From: an uncultured Methanomassiliicoccales archaeon | GTDB lineage: Archaea; Thermoplasmatota; Thermoplasmata; SG8-5 | Direction: 5' to 3' | Length of the DNA: 50,588 bases | NCBI GenBank assembly: GCA_938004075.1 | Contig: CALKWP010000127.1 | Span: 1 to 50,588 of the forward strand | In this document: in pieces, positions 46,916 to 50,588 of the stretch | How positions within the stretch are numbered: position 1 is the first letter of the stretch | Layout: each line of letters begins with the position of its first letter | Notes under the pieces: generated by a model | Databases searched by the model: none | Told to the model about the DNA's origin: nothing | Seen by the model: only the letters and a program-made list of their open reading frames with translations | Position numbers and translations under genes: made by a program

Positions 46916-48103
46916 TCAACCACATGTATAGGTCGTTCCAAGGCCTTTCAAATACCACCAAAACAGGTTACACCAGGTATATGCGGTATATCCCGAATAG
47001 AAACGAATATCGCGTCCTACGCGATTTGCAACTTTGTCACATTGAGATTGGGCAGGTGTGTTTGTTTTTAATACTTTCACATCAAAATATTCCTTTGTAT
47101 CTGTAATCTTTTGAGTATAATAATTGGAAAGACCACAAAGATTAATCATTGATGCTGACCAAAGGCAATGTTGATATTTATCATTTTTTCCACCATCTGG
47201 ATCAGATGCCCCATGCGCGGTAATTCCGGCATTAACGGCACACATATTATACGCACATATAAAATAAAATAAAGTGATTGAAATAAGGCTTAACAACAAC
47301 ATTCCGCTCGGATCTACCATGTTGGTGGGGTTATTCCCGACATACGCGTACATATTCGCCCCGTCCACCATCCCGGCCGGGTCCTGCTGCATGAACCGCC
47401 CGATACTAGGCGAATATGCCCTTGCTCGGTAATGATAGAGGCCACTTTCTTTATCAAATTGTCTCCCAGTAAACTGGTACGGATTGTAAACCGTTTCCTC
47501 CTTTACCAACACACTCCCGAAAGGTGAGTACCTGTAGAAATTGACAATAGTCTCATTGGCGTCAATGATCTCAGTAACGCTGCCTAAACCGTCGTATAGA
47601 TAAAAGTACTTAACACTATCAACTATAATTTTAATGGGGTGGTCCACAAAACTGGAGGTAGTGAACCTCACTAGCATATTGTCCCACATCTCGTAAATCA
47701 CGTTCTCGCCATCGTAGAGGTATTTCATGTCCACGTGGCCGGCTTTTCCGACTCTCCTGCCATCGAGCGCGTAGCCATAGGATGTGGCCGGGGTGGTGTC
47801 GTCCTGTGGTTCAGATGGTGCTGTACTGCTCATTGTAACCGGTTCTTCTCCCGCAGACTGCTGTTCATCGCCACCGCCTCCGCCGCCAATCGTTCCGACG
47901 GATATGAGCCCGTTCACCTTGTAGCCGTCCAGGAAAGTGGATTCCGTCAGTCGATTTTTCCTTGGAGATTTATAAAAGATGTATGACTCTCCGTCATCTG
48001 TTCTGATGACGTCGTTCGAAAATGTCCAGCTCATATAAACTGATAATGTATCCTGGTTTACATGGATGTAATACCAACCACCTTCAATAATCTCAATGGT
48101 CAT
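46916..48103 (-). CDS. Orphan Rhs C-terminal module (core end plus distinct toxin tip), 395 aa
   Basis: It is homologous to the last part of the full Rhs (STFLDGYKVNGLISVGTIGGGGGGDEQ...YGYALDGRRVGKAG...YRARAYSPSIGRFMQQDPAGMVDGANMYAYVGNNPTNMVDPSGM). After DPSGM comes an unrelated Cys-rich tip of 125 aa. The N-terminal roughly 50 aa are not Rhs-like. Confidence 0.85.
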   Translation of the reverse strand: MTIEIIEGGWYYIHVNQDTLSVYMSWTFSNDVIRTDDGESYIFYKSPRKNRLTESTFLDGYKVNGLISVGTIGGGGGGDEQQSAGEEPVTMSSTAPSEPQDDTTPATSYGYALDGRRVGKAGHVDMKYLYDGENVIYEMWDNMLVRFTTSSFVDHPIKIIVDSVKYFYLYDGLGSVTEIIDANETIVNFYRYSPFGSVLVKEETVYNPYQFTGRQFDKESGLYHYRARAYSPSIGRFMQQDPAGMVDGANMYAYVGNNPTNMVDPSGMLLLSLISITLFYFICAYNMCAVNAGITAHGASDPDGGKNDKYQHCLWSASMINLCGLSNYYTQKITDTKEYFDVKVLKTNTPAQSQCDKVANRVGRDIRFYSGYTAYTWCNLFWWYLKGLGTTYTCG

Positions 48104-48244
48104 GCTCTTCCTCGCTGATGGAGGGAATGACCCCGGTGATATAAAAAGCTAGCGGGTTTTGGGTCAGTATATCATTCCCTCCCATTTTTTGATGTGCGGT
48201 ACAATGCTGATTCCCCTAAATTTTCACATATTGATAGGTAAACT

Positions 48245-48267
48245 AGGTAATAAATATTTTGTGAGAT
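48245..48267 (-). promoter_or_regulatory. Putative BRE/TATA promoter of cassette 2
   Basis: The minus strand reads ATCTCACAAAATATTTATTACCTAGTT, the same motif and order as at 45841-45861, about 150 nt upstream of ATG 48103. Confidence 0.45.
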
Positions 48268-48311
48268 CTCTCCTATAACTCTCTATTGTTATTATGTTAA
48301 AAATGGATATT

Positions 48312-48622
48312 ACGACCGCCAAACACTACGGATTAAATGCACATTAGAAACGGGCACACAGCCTTAGCCAGTAGACGCTTGCCCCAAGTGAATGCGAAAG
48401 GCAGATAATAAGCCTTTCGTCCCTGCTCCCCGTGCCTGCGTTGTACTTGTCATCGCTCGCTGCGCTCGCAACCGTGCGGAAACCTGTCTTTACGGCGCTG
48501 GCAGGTCGGTTTCCTTCGGCGAGGCATCACGAGGGCCTATCGGCGATAATAACAAAAGATTGCTCTCGGCCCAGCTTCGCTACGGAGTGCCCTACGGAAT
48601 AACGACGAGGGATGGCCTACGA
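48312..48622 (+). repeat. Structured repeat element, copy B (variant-1 5' arm, core, variant-2 3' arm)
   Basis: The 5' 84 nt are about 96% identical to copy A. Hairpin 1 is CGAAAGGC/GCCTTTCG (48395-48419) and hairpin 2 is GGAAACC/GGTTTCC (48478-48514). The conserved 25-mer is at 48518-48542. The 3' arm (GGAGTGCCC at 48584-92, AGGGATGGC at 48608-16) differs from variant 1. Confidence 0.85.
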
Positions 48623-48970
48623 TATTTTTTGTAGCTGATCTAAAGTTATAACTCCTGTAAATACATGCTTACCATATATCACTGTTGGGGTAATTTTGAT
48701 GCCTTTTAATTTAGCATGTATATTGTCCCAAAAACTTGCCTTATCATAAATTACTAATTTCAAACCCTGGTGTTTCGCGAAATCCTCAATGAGTTTCTTT
48801 ACCTTGACTTCATCATCGGATAGCCATTTGTGGATGGAAGTAATGAGTTGTTCATTATATCCGCCGATGCTGCGACGATTGCGAACTTCTTTGATATGTT
48901 CTAAAGGTCGTGTATCTGTCTGGATGTGTTTTTTTGTATGCAGAAACAATTCAATCTTTTTTGGTATCAT
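48617..48970 (-). CDS. Small hypothetical protein (possible thioredoxin-like fold without CxxC)
   Basis: 117-aa AT-rich ORF. The C-terminal LKLVIYDKASFWDNIHAKLKGIKITPTVIYGKHVF resembles the beta-alpha-beta...PT..beta layout of glutaredoxin/thioredoxin-fold proteins but has no redox cysteines. The fold assignment is weak. Confidence 0.5.
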   Translation of the reverse strand: MIPKKIELFLHTKKHIQTDTRPLEHIKEVRNRRSIGGYNEQLITSIHKWLSDDEVKVKKLIEDFAKHQGLKLVIYDKASFWDNIHAKLKGIKITPTVIYGKHVFTGVITLDQLQKIS

Positions 48971-49034
48971 TCATCGCCCTCATAAATAAAGGAAAAGGAG
49001 GGCGATAGGGATATATTTTCGCCCTCATTTAAGA

Positions 49035-50336
49035 TTACAGTCCTATACCGCAGAAAGCAGGATTGTAGCAAAACAGGTTATTTGCACAACACGGCTCGCT
49101 CGGATCGCTTGTATCTAATAGGGTGGCTACAATTTTTCCACTTTCTATTCTTGAACCCATCGCCTCCCAACCGTAATAGGTTCCAATGTTTGGTTGCCCG
49201 GAGTCAATAATTGCTGTTATTTCAGTTTCATTGTTTATTGAGTCGTAGTGCGTAAAAGCATAATTTCCTGGGCTATATATAGAATACTGGAAGAACTGGT
49301 TTAATTCACCATTATTGACCAGGAACGTTGTCAGGAATCGATTGTTCTCTGGTGTTATTGTTATTACACCATTATAATTTATCTCAAGAATACTGTACTC
49401 GAAATGTTGTCTTGTGCTGAGGATCTCAAGAGTTGCCTGTACATACTGTCCTTCGTAGTCTGTAACGGTAAATTGCTCCACTCTTTTGTGCCCATTTTCA
49501 GAAATTATTGTCGAACTAGCCACAAAATCCGATTGTTGGGTATGATCCGCACCCCACATAGAAAATTCATTCGTGTATGGGTTCAGCGAGAAACCTATCT
49601 CGGGCGTTGTGATAACCTTAATCATAATTGTTTGGGAAGCAAGGTCACTCTGCCTCGTTGCACTAAGATAAAATACGGGATTTGTGGTTGTATCAAGTGG
49701 TATTATTGCACTCTCACTCAACTGCACGTTACCTCCTGGTACCGCAGTAACTATTGTTGGCGGCAGGCCTCCAGCAAAGCCCCATCCTTCTGGTATTGTT
49801 GATTCATCTACAGATACAGTGAATACATCTCCAAAGAGCATTTCATTTTTTAGAAAGACTGGCACACTAATTGAAGTTCCCGGTGTTGCTCCAACCGCAA
49901 TCAAACATCTGTGAAATTCATTGTTGTTTTCATCAACTTCCGTTATAAGATTGGTAGTATCAGCAATTGCCTCAAAATTTACCTGGTGTGTGTTAAGGGC
50001 AACAATGGTAGTTTCAATTGCTTTTATTTCTCCTGCTCTAATTGGCGGCTCTACCCATAATTGATATGTTTCAGTTGCCTCTTGCCAAAAGCCAGATAGT
50101 TCTGCATAATGAAGCTCAGCCCAAAATCCATGTTGCACCGATGCTTCACCAATATTCTCCACTGTTACAGTAACCGGTAGAGAATCACCCGTTTCTACGG
50201 GATACACCCAACCAATTCCCCTCACAATTAGGTCTGGTTGTCCTTGTTTTGCCTGAACACTTGATGGTAGAACCATCATTCCACTCAAAAAAACCATGCT
50301 CACAATTATTATTGCTCCAATTCGTGTTTTCTCCAT
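49035..50336 (-). CDS. Secreted CARDB-like domain protein with a Cys-rich C-terminus
   Basis: Signal peptide MEKTRIGAIIIVSMVFLSGMMVLPSSVQA. PDLIVRGIGWVYPVETGDSLPVTVTVENIGEAS matches the CARDB-type motif DL.V......G....V.V.N.G. The C-terminus is EPCCANNLFCYNPAFCGIGL. Confidence 0.7.
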   Translation of the reverse strand: MEKTRIGAIIIVSMVFLSGMMVLPSSVQAKQGQPDLIVRGIGWVYPVETGDSLPVTVTVENIGEASVQHGFWAELHYAELSGFWQEATETYQLWVEPPIRAGEIKAIETTIVALNTHQVNFEAIADTTNLITEVDENNNEFHRCLIAVGATPGTSISVPVFLKNEMLFGDVFTVSVDESTIPEGWGFAGGLPPTIVTAVPGGNVQLSESAIIPLDTTTNPVFYLSATRQSDLASQTIMIKVITTPEIGFSLNPYTNEFSMWGADHTQQSDFVASSTIISENGHKRVEQFTVTDYEGQYVQATLEILSTRQHFEYSILEINYNGVITITPENNRFLTTFLVNNGELNQFFQYSIYSPGNYAFTHYDSINNETEITAIIDSGQPNIGTYYGWEAMGSRIESGKIVATLLDTSDPSEPCCANNLFCYNPAFCGIGL

Positions 50337-50420
50337 GTTATTCCTCCTCCTGTTTCATCGGTGTTCATATCCGTTTCGATGCGTGGTTATGAAACCTAGA
50401 GTTCAAAAAGTTCTTCATAT

Positions 50421-50440
50421 GATAAATAACTTTTGTGAGA
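50421..50440 (-). promoter_or_regulatory. Putative BRE/TATA promoter of cassette 3
   Basis: The minus strand reads TCTCACAAAAGTTATTTATC, about 85 nt upstream of ATG 50336. It shares the CTCACAAAA + TATA layout of the other two cassettes. Confidence 0.4.
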
Positions 50441-50481
50441 AAACTTAAGATACTTTTAAGTACTCTGCGAAAAAGATTGAT

Positions 50482-50588
50482 ACGACAGCCATCCCTTAAC
50501 CGTTTCGTATTAACCGGGCACTCCTCCGCTACACCAAGTGAATGCGAAAGGCAGGATTTAAGCTTTTCGTCCATGCTCCCCGTGTCTG
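50482..50588 (+). repeat. Structured repeat element, copy C (variant-2 5' arm plus start of core; cut by window end)
   Basis: GCCATCCCT (50488-96) and GGGCACTCC (50516-24) are exact complements of copy B 3' arm blocks. They are followed by the conserved CCAAGTGAATGC and hairpin 1 CGAAAGGC/GCTTTTCG (50545-69), which has one G-T pair on the + strand. Confidence 0.8.

Noticed and set aside
38824-50588. Calling the array a classical integron, or the elements MITEs or IS ends.
   Set aside because: No IntI-like integrase, attI or 60-140-nt attC with R/L boxes is visible, and no transposase is present. The elements are much longer than attC sites, and the cassettes carry their own promoters. Only the integron-like logic is retained, as a hypothesis.

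Overview
This is an archaeal metagenomic contig. The archaeal assignment rests on diphthine synthase, Trm5/Taw-type tRNA methyltransferase, a RaSEA-like radical SAM protein, TATA/BRE-like promoters and a tRNA with a non-canonical intron. Positions 1-47 are Illumina adapter, not biology.

The window has three parts.

(1) 0.7-25.7 kb is a cluster of giant secreted or membrane-anchored surface-protein genes (2037, about 2085, 889 and 3062 aa) plus one small paralogous anchor protein. They are built from shared modules:
- a PHAIYGYV prealbumin-like module
- Ig-like repeats
- a roughly 330-aa supermodule
- a GWNL...GYW C-terminal module
- NosD-like beta-helices
- 13 tandem 104-aa repeats

(2) 26-38.8 kb is a GC-rich core (by eye about 55-60% GC). 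It holds:
- a Ras/Rab-like small GTPase and a P2-type cation ATPase
- tRNA-Arg(TCG) with a 136-nt intron in the T-loop
- an unassigned structured region of about 370 nt
- tRNA-Thr(TGT) plus a mosaic tRNA fragment
- ilvE, a zinc-ribbon/AIM24 protein and a MacB-like ABC pair
- a radical SAM protein, dcd, a HAD hydrolase, trm5 and dphB

(3) 38.8-50.6 kb is an AT-rich accessory array (by eye about 35-40% GC), all on the minus strand. It has three cassettes:
- a full-length Rhs/YD-repeat polymorphic toxin with a membrane immunity-like gene
- an orphan Rhs C-terminal tip with its own membrane partner
- a secreted CARDB-like protein with a small thioredoxin-fold-like protein

Each cassette has the same promoter motif. 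The cassettes are separated by copies of a GC-rich structured repeat of about 310-390 nt, whose hairpins show compensatory changes. Its flanking arms occur in two variants, arranged like attL/attR hybrids around the third cassette.

I consider this cassette-plus-structured-site array the most likely novel system in the window: an integron-like or site-specific cassette platform for archaeal polymorphic toxins. No recombinase is visible here. All functional calls come from motif recognition by eye; no database search was possible.
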